Shown here one piece after another: positions 47,517 to 57,221 of a stretch of 62,038 nucleotides of DNA. Both the position numbers and the translations under genes were made by a program. Source of the stretch: Bdellovibrionales bacterium (lineage in GTDB: Bacteria > Bdellovibrionota > Bdellovibrionia > Bdellovibrionales > UBA1609); contig JBFWVI010000014.1 in NCBI GenBank assembly GCA_050246815.1, forward strand, positions 1 through 62,038. The letters run 5' to 3'. A model generated the notes under the pieces. It was not told where the DNA came from. It saw only the letters and a program-made list of their open reading frames with translations, and searched no databases. Numbering within the stretch: position 1 is the first letter of the stretch; every line of letters begins with the position of its first letter.

Positions 47517-49979
47517 CTAAGGTTTCGGCTTATTCACGGTCAATGCGGCAAACGGGTTATTAAAGGGCTGTCCCTTGGGCTTCATCGGCGCGCCACCACG
47601 ATTATCCGGACGGGGGCGCTGATCATGATGATGGCGGCCACGTCCACCACCACCTTGCCCCTGAGCTGCGCGCTCAGCGCTGCGGTCAGGGCGGCGATCA
47701 CTATCACGACGCGGACGCGGCTCACCACGCGGCGGACGACGCTCACCGTCTGTATGCGGCTGGCGGGGCTCTCGCGCCGGACGAGCCTCGCGAGGCTTGG
47801 GCTCTTCAAGTTTCATAGAAAGCGAAATCTGATTTTTATCCAGATCCACGGCCAAGACCTTCACCGTCACCTGGTCGCCCGGACTGACCACTTTACGCGG
47901 GTCCTCGACGAATTTATCCGACAATTCTGAGATATGCACCAAACCATCCTGGTGCACACCAATGTCCACGAAGGCTCCGAAGTTGGTCACGTTGGTGACG
48001 ATCCCGGGGCAAATCATGCTGGCCTTTAAGTCCTTCAGCTCATGGATGTCTTCACGGTACTGAAAAACCTTAAAAGGGTCGCGGGGATCACGACCAGGCT
48101 TTTCAAGTTCACGCACGATATCGTCAAAAGTGAATTCACCCACCAACTGGGCCCATTTTTCTTTCAACTTCATCAGCTGTTTGGCACCCTCACCAATCAG
48201 GCTCGAGATCGGCACATTCAGTTCGCTGGCCATCTCGCGTATGGCGGAATATCGCTCAGGATGGATGCCCGTACGATCCAAAACCATTTTGCCATCACTG
48301 ATTCTCAAAAACCCAGCAGCCTGCTCAAAAGCCTTACTGGAAAGCTGGGTGACCTTGCCAAGCTCCGAACGATCCTTAAAAAGCCCGTGCTCTTTGCGAT
48401 GAAGCACAATGTTTTTAGCAATGGCCGGACCGATTCCGGAAACATACTGCAAAAGCGACACCGAGGCGGTGTTCACATCCACACCCACCGCGTTCACACA
48501 ACTTTCCACCACATCACTTAAGCTCTTCTTCAGCTTGGGCTGTGAAACGTCATGCTGATACTGGCCGACACCGATGCTCTTGGGCTCGATCTTCACCAAT
48601 TCCGCCAAGGGGTCCTGCAAACGACGGGCAATCGAGATCGCACCTCGCACAGTCACATCCAGCTCGGGGAACTCTTCACGCGCCACTTCGGAGGCAGAAT
48701 AAACGCTGGCACCGGATTCTGAAACCATGATAACCGGCACTTTTTCGTGGCCTATTTCTTTTAAGACACCGCGGATAAAGGTTTCGGCTTCACGGCCACC
48801 GGTACCGTTGCCCACCGCGATAGCGTCGATTTTGATTTGCTTGAGCGCTTCGGCGAATAAAGTTTTGGCCTTTTCTTTGGCGGCATCGCCTTCAATATGC
48901 ACAACCGTGTTCGAAATAAAGTGACCGCTTTTGTCGATCAAGGCGATCTTGCAGCCTGTGCGAATACCAGGGTCCACCCCCAACACCACTTTTGCCCCAA
49001 AAGGCGAAGACATCAAAACACGACGCACGTTTTCAGCAAAGACTGTGATCGCATCCACATCGGCGCTCTCTTTTAGGCGGTTGTGGATTTCATTGGTGAT
49101 GGACGGTACCACATGGACCGTCAAGGCGTGTTTGGCCGCTTCCTTCAAAAGTGCCGTGGCTTGGGAGTCTTTGCTTACGGCATAGGCTTCAAAGCGGGCC
49201 AAAAGCTTGGCCTCATCGGCCTCCATGCTGACTTTAAGCTCACCTTCTTGCCAACCGCGACGAAGCGCCAAATAGCGATGCGAGGCTTTGCGATTTTCAA
49301 GACTCTTCACGGGCTCCTGAAATTCGGCGTACATCTCAAACTTCGAATGCGGTTTGTAGTCAGCGCCTTTTGTCGAAACAACACGTCCGTGCTGGTTAAA
49401 CTCCTCACGCACCCACAGACGAAGCCCCAGGTCGTTGGCAATCTTTTCGACTAAAATATGCTGAGCCCCGCGCAAAGCTTCGTCATACGTAGCGTAACTT
49501 TTAGCGGGATTGATGAATTCCTTGGCTTTGATTTCAAGGGCGGTGGTGTCTTGCACTTCACCATGACCCAATCCCCACAGCCAATCGGCCAAGGGACCAA
49601 GCCCGGCTTCGCGCGCCAATGTGGCTTTGGTTTTTTTCTTTTTCTTGTAAGGACGATAAAGCTCTTCGATTTCGTTCAAATCAAAAGAGCGCTCCAATTG
49701 CTTTTTCAGATCGTCGGTCAGATTGCCCTGCTTGGCGATCTCTTCAAGTACGAATTCGCGACGTTTGGTCAGCTCGGTGTAGTCATTAAAGGCGTCAATC
49801 GCCGCACGGATTTCAACTTCTGAAAGATTACCGGTTTTTTCTTTTCGGTAGCGAGCGATGAAGGGAACCGTGCCGCCCTCTTGGTGCAAGGTCAAAACCG
49901 CCTGAATACCTTTAAGCGGAACACCTGCAACTTTTTGGGCCGCGTACTCTTTGAATTTGTCGTTGAGAATAAAAGACAT
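47517..49979 (-). CDS. tex: Tex (YhgF) transcription accessory S1 RNA-binding protein
   Basis: TVPFIARYRKE, GVDPGIRTGCK, ESGASVYSAS, IGVGQYQHD and S1 GAFVDIGVHQDGLVHIS motifs. Confidence 0.95.
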   Translation of the reverse strand: MSFILNDKFKEYAAQKVAGVPLKGIQAVLTLHQEGGTVPFIARYRKEKTGNLSEVEIRAAIDAFNDYTELTKRREFVLEEIAKQGNLTDDLKKQLERSFDLNEIEELYRPYKKKKKTKATLAREAGLGPLADWLWGLGHGEVQDTTALEIKAKEFINPAKSYATYDEALRGAQHILVEKIANDLGLRLWVREEFNQHGRVVSTKGADYKPHSKFEMYAEFQEPVKSLENRKASHRYLALRRGWQEGELKVSMEADEAKLLARFEAYAVSKDSQATALLKEAAKHALTVHVVPSITNEIHNRLKESADVDAITVFAENVRRVLMSSPFGAKVVLGVDPGIRTGCKIALIDKSGHFISNTVVHIEGDAAKEKAKTLFAEALKQIKIDAIAVGNGTGGREAETFIRGVLKEIGHEKVPVIMVSESGASVYSASEVAREEFPELDVTVRGAISIARRLQDPLAELVKIEPKSIGVGQYQHDVSQPKLKKSLSDVVESCVNAVGVDVNTASVSLLQYVSGIGPAIAKNIVLHRKEHGLFKDRSELGKVTQLSSKAFEQAAGFLRISDGKMVLDRTGIHPERYSAIREMASELNVPISSLIGEGAKQLMKLKEKWAQLVGEFTFDDIVRELEKPGRDPRDPFKVFQYREDIHELKDLKASMICPGIVTNVTNFGAFVDIGVHQDGLVHISELSDKFVEDPRKVVSPGDQVTVKVLAVDLDKNQISLSMKLEEPKPREARPAREPRQPHTDGERRPPRGEPRPRRDSDRRPDRSAERAAQGQGGGGRGRHHHDQRPRPDNRGGAPMKPKGQPFNNPFAALTVNKPKP

Positions 49980-49987
49980 AAAAAGAA

Positions 49988-50206
49988 TTATTTGTGACGA
50001 TACATGATCAAACCGTGGGTGGGATCATAAGGCGATACTCCGACCGTCACCTTGTCACCCACTACCACGCGAATGTTAAAACGGCGCATTTTGCCACAAA
50101 GTTTAGCCGCGATTTCAACGCTATTTTCAAGCTTCACTTTGTAAACGCCGCCCGCACCGGCATCGACTACCTGTCCTTCAAGTTGTGCCAAATCGTCTTT
50201 TGCCAT
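49988..50206 (-). CDS. infA: Translation initiation factor IF-1
   Basis: 72 aa; GKMRRFNIRVVVGDKVTV..SPYD...G.I.YR. Confidence 0.96.
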   Translation of the reverse strand: MAKDDLAQLEGQVVDAGAGGVYKVKLENSVEIAAKLCGKMRRFNIRVVVGDKVTVGVSPYDPTHGLIMYRHK

Positions 50207-50227
50207 GTGCTTAAATCTGCTCCCTGT

Positions 50228-50827
50228 TTACGCTTTATAATTGGAAATGAGGTATCGAATACCATCCTTGAACAGCACTTCCAACCGATCGTTTTTATTG
50301 GTCATGATATAACCCCAACCCAACACTTTGTGCATAATCGAAGTTTTCGCCTCATAAGTCTGGCGCATATTGTACGACGGGGTTTCTTGCTCTTGTGCTT
50401 TGCGATAGAGCGAAGACCACTTTTGTCCCAATTGTGTGGGTTTGTCGTCGCCGTCCTCTTTTTTCTTTGAGGCACGAGTTTTTTTGGCCGGCTTTGCCGC
50501 TGCCGCAGGAGCTGGTTCGCCCTTTTTGACCTCACTCACACCCTTTAAAGACACCTTGGCAATCGCCATGGTCTCTGGGGCCTGAGTGGTCTTGATTGAA
50601 TCTTGAGCTTTCGCCTTGGCGACTGGTTTCGCCTTCGCTTCGGCAGCCGTTTTAATCATCGGCGCCTTTGCCGCAGGCTTCGCTGCTGTTGGCTTTGCGA
50701 CCGTTTTAACTTTGCCGCTTGCCACTTTTGCCGCCTTCGCAGATTTTGCTGCTGTTTTGGTTGCTGCCTTTGATGTTTTGCTACGTGCCGGTGCCTTTTC
50801 CAATACCTTGGTTTTTGCCTTCGCCAT
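50228..50827 (-). CDS. Hypothetical protein: Lys/Ala-rich N-terminus plus small Tudor-like C-terminal domain
   Basis: About 125 aa of K/A/P/T low-complexity sequence, then HKVLGWGYI...LEVLFKDG.RYL; GGAG SD. Confidence 0.75.
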   Translation of the reverse strand: MAKAKTKVLEKAPARSKTSKAATKTAAKSAKAAKVASGKVKTVAKPTAAKPAAKAPMIKTAAEAKAKPVAKAKAQDSIKTTQAPETMAIAKVSLKGVSEVKKGEPAPAAAAKPAKKTRASKKKEDGDDKPTQLGQKWSSLYRKAQEQETPSYNMRQTYEAKTSIMHKVLGWGYIMTNKNDRLEVLFKDGIRYLISNYKA

Positions 50828-50933
50828 TCGCTACTCCATGTCAAAAAAACCTTAATCGTTTATCAAAAAATCGCTCGAGAAGCTAGACTCTTAAGGCAAC
50901 GCGTTGCTAAGTAATGACTCGAAGGAGAACCAC

Positions 50934-52001
50934 ATGTCCATTACGTTGGAGCTGATCGCTGAAAGATTTTCACAACTGCTACAACCTGTGCGTGGGGACA
51001 TGAAACTCTCCATTGAGGGGCTTGCGACGCCACAACAGGCACGACCTCAAGATTTAATCTTTGTCCCCGATCAAAAGCACCTGACTTTGGCCCAAACATC
51101 CAAAGCTGAGGCCTGGGTGGTGCACGCCAAACTCGCTGAAAAGGTCCCCACCCATGTGAAGCAGGTGCTGAAAACCAACCAGGTCAAGCTCTGCATTGCG
51201 TTGATCGGCCGCACCTTTTTTGCTCCCCGATTGAACCGCATGCCCTTTATGGACCAGCCCATTCACCCCAGCGCCATTATTGACCCGACCGCCTACATTG
51301 CACACGGCGTGTTGGTGGGCCCCAACACCACCATCGGCCCCCGTGTTCAAATCGGAGAACACTGCGTGATTGGCGCCAACACTACAATTGAGGCCGATGT
51401 CGAAATCGGCCCCCACACTCATATCCACCCCCAGGTCTACATCGGCTATCAAACCAAAATCGGCAAAGATTGTGAAATTCACCCACAGACCTCAATTGGT
51501 ACCGAAGGTTTTGGCTATGCCCATGCGCCAGATGGCCAACATCACCGTTTGGTCCACTTTGGCCGTGTGGTGATTGAGGATCGCGTGCAAATCGGTGCAG
51601 GCGTGCAAATTGACCGGGGCACCTTCGAGGACAGCGTCGTTGGCGAAGGCACTATTATCGATAACCAATGCCACTTCGGCCACAACATCAAAATTGGCAA
51701 AGGAACCATCGTCGCTGGCGGAATGCTGGCGGCGGGCTCCGTGACCATAGGTGAGCGCTGCGTGTTTGGCGGCCGAACCACAATCGGTGGGCATCTGAGC
51801 ATCGCGCCGGGCTCGCAGTTTGCCGGTTTGAGCGGAGTTCAAGAGGCCATTGAGGTCACCGGCAACTATGGGGGCTACCCCATTCAACCGCTGCGAAATT
51901 CACTGAAAACTTCGGCTTCACTGGCCAAGCTGCCCGAAATTCGTAGAAATCTAAGCGCCGTTATGAAACACCTGGGACTCAGCTCAAAACGGGAAGAATA
52001 A
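50934..52001 (+). CDS. lpxD: UDP-3-O-acylglucosamine N-acyltransferase LpxD
   Basis: Hexapeptide repeats; IGTEGFGY, IDRGT and IDNQCHFGHN motifs; AAGGAG SD. Confidence 0.93.
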   Translation: MSITLELIAERFSQLLQPVRGDMKLSIEGLATPQQARPQDLIFVPDQKHLTLAQTSKAEAWVVHAKLAEKVPTHVKQVLKTNQVKLCIALIGRTFFAPRLNRMPFMDQPIHPSAIIDPTAYIAHGVLVGPNTTIGPRVQIGEHCVIGANTTIEADVEIGPHTHIHPQVYIGYQTKIGKDCEIHPQTSIGTEGFGYAHAPDGQHHRLVHFGRVVIEDRVQIGAGVQIDRGTFEDSVVGEGTIIDNQCHFGHNIKIGKGTIVAGGMLAAGSVTIGERCVFGGRTTIGGHLSIAPGSQFAGLSGVQEAIEVTGNYGGYPIQPLRNSLKTSASLAKLPEIRRNLSAVMKHLGLSSKREE

Positions 52002-52004
52002 TCC

Positions 52005-53540
52005 ATGTCCGCCTTTTATTTGACCACGCCCATTTATTACGTGAACGACAAACCGCATTTGGGCACAGCCTATTGCACCATAGTGGCGGATGTTTTGGCT
52101 CGCTATCATCGGCTGTTCGGCGACGACACCATCATGCTGACCGGTGTTGATGAACACGGTCAAAAGGTTCAAGAGGCCGCCGAAAAGCGCGGCATGGATC
52201 CTCAGGCTCATTGCGATGAAATGAGCGAGCGTTTCAAAAGCGCTTGGCAAGACTTGAATATTAAGTACGACGTCTTTTTTCGCACGACCACCCCTTACCA
52301 CAAACAGGTGGTGCAAATCTGTCTGAAGGAACTTTTCGACAAAGGCGAAATCTACGCCGATGAGTATGAAGGATGGTATTCGGTCAGTGAAGAGATCTTT
52401 TACACCGAAAAAGATCTGGTCGACGGCAAAAGCCCTTCGGGTCGCGAGGTCGTCAAAATCAAAGAAAAAAACTACTTCTTCAGGATGTCGAAGTATCAGC
52501 AAGCCTTGATCGATCACATTCAAAAATATCCCGATTTTATTTGGCCAGAATCGCGTCGCAATGAGGTTTTGGGGTTTTTACGTCAGCCCCTGGCGGATCT
52601 TTGCATTTCTCGTCCAAAATCCCGTCTTAAGTGGGGTGTGGAGCTTCCCTTCGATCAAGACTATGTGACTTATGTTTGGTTTGATGCCCTTTTGAATTAC
52701 GCCACAGCCATGGGGCTGAAACAAAACGACCGCCAGACCGAATTTAAAAAGTGGTGGCATGAAACCGGCGCAATTCATTTGATCGGCAAAGATATTTTGA
52801 CAACCCATGCGGTTTACTGGACCACCATGCTTTTTGCTCTGGGTCTAGATCAGCCCAAACATATTTTTGCCCATGGCTGGATCTTGAATAAAGACATGGA
52901 AAAAATGAGCAAATCCAAAGGCGAAGTGGTCAACCCTTTGGACATGAAAAATTATGTCGGTGTCGATGGTTTACGCTATTTTCTGATTCGCGATGTTCAC
53001 CTGGGCAACGACGCGCCCTTTAGCCCCGATCTTTTGATCAATCGCGTGAACAATGACCTGGCCAACAACTTAGGTAATATGACCAGTCGAACCCTGAACT
53101 TGATCGAAAAATTCTTCGCTGGAGCGGTGCCAGCCCCCGAAACTACGGACCACTTAGGCGATGAGCTAAAAGCCATGGCCCTCACCACGGGTGCGAAGGT
53201 GAAACATCAAATCGAAAAAATGGCCCCCAGCTACGCGCTGGAAGCGATTGTTGAAACTTTGAACTTGGCCAATCGCTACTTAGAAGAACGTGCGCCGTGG
53301 AAGCTGGCGAAATCCGACCTCGCCGCGACCGCCACGGTTCTTTACAATGCTCTGGAAGTCTTGCGAATTTCAGCCACCCTGCTTTTACCCGTGATGCCAG
53401 AAAAAATGGACGAGTTGCTGAAACGTTTGGGCAACCCGTCTCGCGATTGGGCACAAGTGGAAAAGTGGGGAGTAATTAAAGTGGGAACACCGGTCACCAA
53501 AGGTGATCCGTTGTTCCCTCGCCTCGAACTACCCAGTTAG
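52005..53540 (+). CDS. metG: Methionyl-tRNA synthetase (short form)
   Basis: TTPIYYVN.PHLGTAY, YVWFDAL, IGKDI and KMSKS motifs; no C-terminal tRNA-binding domain. Confidence 0.97.
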   Translation: MSAFYLTTPIYYVNDKPHLGTAYCTIVADVLARYHRLFGDDTIMLTGVDEHGQKVQEAAEKRGMDPQAHCDEMSERFKSAWQDLNIKYDVFFRTTTPYHKQVVQICLKELFDKGEIYADEYEGWYSVSEEIFYTEKDLVDGKSPSGREVVKIKEKNYFFRMSKYQQALIDHIQKYPDFIWPESRRNEVLGFLRQPLADLCISRPKSRLKWGVELPFDQDYVTYVWFDALLNYATAMGLKQNDRQTEFKKWWHETGAIHLIGKDILTTHAVYWTTMLFALGLDQPKHIFAHGWILNKDMEKMSKSKGEVVNPLDMKNYVGVDGLRYFLIRDVHLGNDAPFSPDLLINRVNNDLANNLGNMTSRTLNLIEKFFAGAVPAPETTDHLGDELKAMALTTGAKVKHQIEKMAPSYALEAIVETLNLANRYLEERAPWKLAKSDLAATATVLYNALEVLRISATLLLPVMPEKMDELLKRLGNPSRDWAQVEKWGVIKVGTPVTKGDPLFPRLELPS

Positions 53541-53558
53541 CGTGCGACTAAAATGTTT

Positions 53559-54083
53559 TTAACTTGATGTGTGGACCCAGTAGCGACGGATCATTTCACT
53601 GTCAGCCTGGTCATAAATCTTGTTTTCCAGGGTGCCTCCGAACTTTTCTATCACACGCCAAGAGGCCTCGTTTTCTTCACCACATGTGACTAGGATTTTA
53701 TCCAATCCAAGCTTATGGCAAAACAATAAACCTTGTTTAAAAATTTCAGTGGCATATCCTTTACGACGATGGCTGGGACATACGGCATAACCCACATGCC
53801 CACCCCGATGATGCAGCTCTTCGTTCAGTTCGTGGCGCACGCTCAGGCGCCCCACTATCTTAGGTCCCACAAACGCGTACAACATGGTCGAGGGCACACG
53901 GTTGGCGGCGATTTTCGCTTTATCCTTGTGATCCGCCAACATCTGCAAATGTTCCCGATGCGACATTCCTTGCTTCCATACAAAAGAATGCCAATGGGGG
54001 CTGTGCCCCTCCCAATCCAAGCACGCCGCCAGAAAAGCGGGTTCATCGCCTTCATTCAATTCACGCAAGACCAAGGTGCTCAT
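53559..54083 (-). CDS. GNAT-family N-acetyltransferase
   Basis: RHELN, GGHVGYAV.PS.RRKGYAT and N.ASWRVIEKFGG motifs. Confidence 0.9.
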   Translation of the reverse strand: MSTLVLRELNEGDEPAFLAACLDWEGHSPHWHSFVWKQGMSHREHLQMLADHKDKAKIAANRVPSTMLYAFVGPKIVGRLSVRHELNEELHHRGGHVGYAVCPSHRRKGYATEIFKQGLLFCHKLGLDKILVTCGEENEASWRVIEKFGGTLENKIYDQADSEMIRRYWVHTSS

Positions 54084-54134
54084 CCATTTATTGTGTCACA
54101 ACTGTAAAAAACCAGACAAGACCGATTATCGCGT

Positions 54135-55256
54135 TTAGCGGATCGGATAGTGCAGCAGCCGACAATCCAGGGTGCCGTTGAAGACTCGGATTTTGCGTTC
54201 GGCTTTGAGTTTTAAGCCTTGGGTCAGCTCTTCATTGCCCGAAAGCAGCCAACAGTCCCAACCCACGAATTCACGTTTTAAGGTCTGGGCCAACTCTCCA
54301 TAGGTTTCACGCATTTTTTCGACCAAACCGATGCGCTCGGCATAAGGCGGATTGGTGATCACCAGCCCCGTTGGCCCTTGGCGTTTCAAAGCCTTCACGT
54401 CCATAACCTTAAAACTCACCAAAGATTCTACGCCAGCCTGTCGGGCATTTTCTTGGGCGGCGCGGATTGCGCTGGGGTCACGATCAAAGCCAAGCAGTCG
54501 CACTTGGGCGCCACGAGCTTTTAACCCCTCTGCTCGCACTTTGGCCCATGCCTCGGGTTGAAAGCCAAGCATCTTCATAAAACCGTATTCGGTGCGCCTC
54601 CCACCAGGGGGTCTGCCCATGGCTCGTAAAGCCGCCTCGATCAAAAAAGTTCCAGAGCCACACATGGGGTCCACAATTGCCGTGTCGGTCTTCCAATCGG
54701 CCAAACGCAAAAGCCCCGCCGCCATATGCTCACGCACCGGCGCCATCACCGAAACTTTGCGATAGCCTCGGTGCGCCAAGCTTTCGCCCGAGGTGTCGAT
54801 CGCCACAGACACATCCGTCTTCACCACCCGCACCATCACCCGAAGATCCGGATTTTTTGTGTCGACATTGGGGCGTACGCCAAATTTGTCGCGAAACTGA
54901 TCGACAATCGCGTCCTTGGTTTTAAGCGCCAAAAATCTTTGATCGCGAAAAACATTGCTTAAACGGGTTTTGCCGTCCACGGCCAGCGTTTGATCGGGGC
55001 GAATGTACTTCGTGAAATCATGCTTTTTCAAATTGTGATAGAGATCGTCGGCCTGATAGGCCGGAAAATCCAGAATCGGCAAAACCACTCGGGTGGCGGA
55101 GCGCAGCCAAAAGTTGGCGCGGTAGCAGCCTTCCCAGTTGCTTTCGAACTCCACCCCCAAAGACACCACTTTTAGGTTTTTAAAACCCAGCTCCAAAAGC
55201 TCTTCATGGACGGCGGGTTCAAGCCCCCGCGACGTCAAAGCTAAAAATCGAGGCAT
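54135..55256 (-). CDS. THUMP-domain RNA m2G methyltransferase (RlmL-like)
   Basis: THUMP domain; GESLAHRGYR, DPMCGSGT and NPPY motifs. Confidence 0.9.
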   Translation of the reverse strand: MPRFLALTSRGLEPAVHEELLELGFKNLKVVSLGVEFESNWEGCYRANFWLRSATRVVLPILDFPAYQADDLYHNLKKHDFTKYIRPDQTLAVDGKTRLSNVFRDQRFLALKTKDAIVDQFRDKFGVRPNVDTKNPDLRVMVRVVKTDVSVAIDTSGESLAHRGYRKVSVMAPVREHMAAGLLRLADWKTDTAIVDPMCGSGTFLIEAALRAMGRPPGGRRTEYGFMKMLGFQPEAWAKVRAEGLKARGAQVRLLGFDRDPSAIRAAQENARQAGVESLVSFKVMDVKALKRQGPTGLVITNPPYAERIGLVEKMRETYGELAQTLKREFVGWDCWLLSGNEELTQGLKLKAERKIRVFNGTLDCRLLHYPIR

Positions 55257-55261
55257 GGTGT

Positions 55262-55552
55262 TTAGTGTCCGATCTCGGGTTCGCTCGCCTCTTCGGGGGC
55301 GTCGTTTTTGAGTTCCTGGTTAAAAAGGGTTTTGTAGACATCTTTTTGAATCACGCGTTCGTCGGTCTTGCGAATCGACTCGGGCAAAGAAGCCAAAACC
55401 TTTAAATCCTCTTCATCCCGCCCTCCTGGGTAGAGGCGCTTACGGGCCTTCTCAATTTCCACCAAGGGAATCAGGGGCTCCCCAATTTCAGAGGCCAAGG
55501 CTGCTGAACTTAAAAAGCTGAAAATAAGAAGGATGGGCATCCAATAACGCAT
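55262..55552 (-). CDS. Small secreted hypothetical protein
   Basis: Signal peptide ending ALA; YPGGRDEEDLKV core. Confidence 0.7.
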   Translation of the reverse strand: MRYWMPILLIFSFLSSAALASEIGEPLIPLVEIEKARKRLYPGGRDEEDLKVLASLPESIRKTDERVIQKDVYKTLFNQELKNDAPEEASEPEIGH

Positions 55553-55596
55553 GCGTAGATCCTACCCTCTTAAATCCAAGGGGGCAAATCCTGACC

Positions 55597-55881
55597 CTAG
55601 CGGGAAACGTTTAAATTTTTTAATTTACGCGCCGAAGCTGGTGTTTTCTTAAGAGGCACCAATTTTAAGGCCTGCACACTGGCGGGACTGCGCGGACGTG
55701 ACACCGGTGCGAAGGCGGCCTGGGGCTCACCATTATAGCCATCGTACGACTGTGGCGCCAAAGGGGAAGACTCCTCTTCGCTTGTCGAAGCCGACTCCTG
55801 ATTGACGTTTTCTTGTGCCCAAGCCAGGGGCGAAACCGCCAAAACAAAAGCGGAAATAAGACTGAAAAACCCTTTTGCCAT
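55597..55881 (-). CDS. Small secreted, probably disordered hypothetical protein
   Basis: Signal peptide ending AWA; acidic then basic low-complexity region with RSPAS; sigma28 promoter immediately upstream. Confidence 0.65.
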   Translation of the reverse strand: MAKGFFSLISAFVLAVSPLAWAQENVNQESASTSEEESSPLAPQSYDGYNGEPQAAFAPVSRPRSPASVQALKLVPLKKTPASARKLKNLNVSR

Positions 55882-55887
55882 AAGTGC

Positions 55888-55915
55888 TTATCGGCGACAT
55901 TACTCACAAACTTTT
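55888..55915 (-). promoter_or_regulatory. Putative sigma28 promoter (leaderless)
   Basis: AAAAGTTT-N12-GCCGATAA, 6 nt before ATG 55881. Confidence 0.62.
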
Positions 55916-55950
55916 GTCTTTCCCGCTCTGGGACGGCATTTGCCGCCCTG

Positions 55951-56811
55951 CTAGACCAAACGACGGTGCTGACTCTGTGGGATTTGATTCTGAACCCAAG
56001 CCAATCGCTCGGGCAACAATGTGACCACTTTGATTCCGGGTCCGGTCTCACCAAGATCGGCCAAAACTTCGCCCCAAGGGTCCACCGCCAAAGAGTGGCC
56101 ATAAGTTTGACGAGTTTCACCGGTTTTTCCCAAATGGCGGCCAGCCTGTGCGGCCGCCAAAACATAACACTGATTTTCGATGGCACGGGCACGCAGTAAA
56201 ATGTGCCAATGCGCTTTGCCGGTGGGAACCAAAAATGCCGAGGGCACCAGTAAAGCATGCACGTTTTGACGGGCATAGCGCGAATAGAGTTCGGCAAAAC
56301 GCACATCGTAACAAATGCTCAAGCCAAAGCGCCAACCTTCAATCTCTAAAACATGGCCATCCGATCCATGCACGAAAGAATCGGACTCCCGCACGGCCGG
56401 GGCCCCACTGACGTCAACGTCGAACAAATGGATTTTTCGATACACGGCTTTTGCCGGCGCGCCTGGCCTTAAATAAACCGTCGCATTGCTGGCTTGTGCC
56501 GGACCCGCCGTTTGCGACGGGTCTTGAAATTCACTAACCGCAATCGGAGCGGAGCCAAGCATAATATGGATTTGCTTTTGTTCGGCGACTTTTTGCAGCG
56601 CTGCAAAAACAGAGTCACTGAGTTTAAGGGGCGGAATTTTTTGATCGCGAGCCAACTTTAAGAAAAGCGCGTTTTCTGGAAAGCACACCAGCCTCACATC
56701 AGGCGGCAACCTTTCTAACAACCCCAGAATTTGGCGCAAATTGAGGCTTAGATCGTCGACCGAGGTCATTTGGCAAAGTGCCACGTTCAACGGTTGCTGG
56801 GGCCGCGACAT
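55951..56811 (-). CDS. Carbon-nitrogen hydrolase (Nit1/deaminated glutathione amidase-like)
   Basis: FPEN, YRKIHLFDV, ICYDVRF, RARAIENQ and TYGHS..DPWG motifs. Confidence 0.92.
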   Translation of the reverse strand: MSRPQQPLNVALCQMTSVDDLSLNLRQILGLLERLPPDVRLVCFPENALFLKLARDQKIPPLKLSDSVFAALQKVAEQKQIHIMLGSAPIAVSEFQDPSQTAGPAQASNATVYLRPGAPAKAVYRKIHLFDVDVSGAPAVRESDSFVHGSDGHVLEIEGWRFGLSICYDVRFAELYSRYARQNVHALLVPSAFLVPTGKAHWHILLRARAIENQCYVLAAAQAGRHLGKTGETRQTYGHSLAVDPWGEVLADLGETGPGIKVVTLLPERLAWVQNQIPQSQHRRLV

Positions 56812-57129
56812 TTAATTGGTTTCTTCAGTTACGCGCGAAGAGGAAATGTCTTTGCACTTCCAAGCGGCGCCTTCCAGGTTGGTGCGGATATTTTTCATCA
56901 CATCATGACAGGATTGGCGGTTTTTGCCATTGCCCACGATTTTGTCGATGCCCGCCTTGGTGTAAATCGTGGTGCAGGTTTCGCCGCCCTCGATCACACG
57001 AATGGTACGAACGGTTTTTTGACTACGGCACATCACATAGGCCGCATTACCCACTGCGCCTTCGGCCGCCGAAATAAACGGCAAAACAAGCGCTAAAAAG
57101 CATAAAATAGAACGAATGGCCATTGCCAT
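56812..57129 (-). CDS. Small secreted Cys-containing hypothetical protein
   Basis: Signal peptide; four Cys; extended -10 box 6 nt upstream of ATG. Confidence 0.7.
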   Translation of the reverse strand: MAMAIRSILCFLALVLPFISAAEGAVGNAAYVMCRSQKTVRTIRVIEGGETCTTIYTKAGIDKIVGNGKNRQSCHDVMKNIRTNLEGAAWKCKDISSSRVTEETN

Positions 57130-57221
57130 GGCCCAACTATAACAAAGAGGCTGCCCCACGCCAACCGAAGGGCGAAAGGGTGCAGGCCTTAAGTCTAAAC
57201 CCAGCACCCACTTCATCGGGC

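Noticed and set aside
53559..54083. GNAT toxin of a toxin-antitoxin pair
   Set aside because: No adjacent small RHH/DUF1778-like antitoxin; the sequence matches an ordinary acetyltransferase type.
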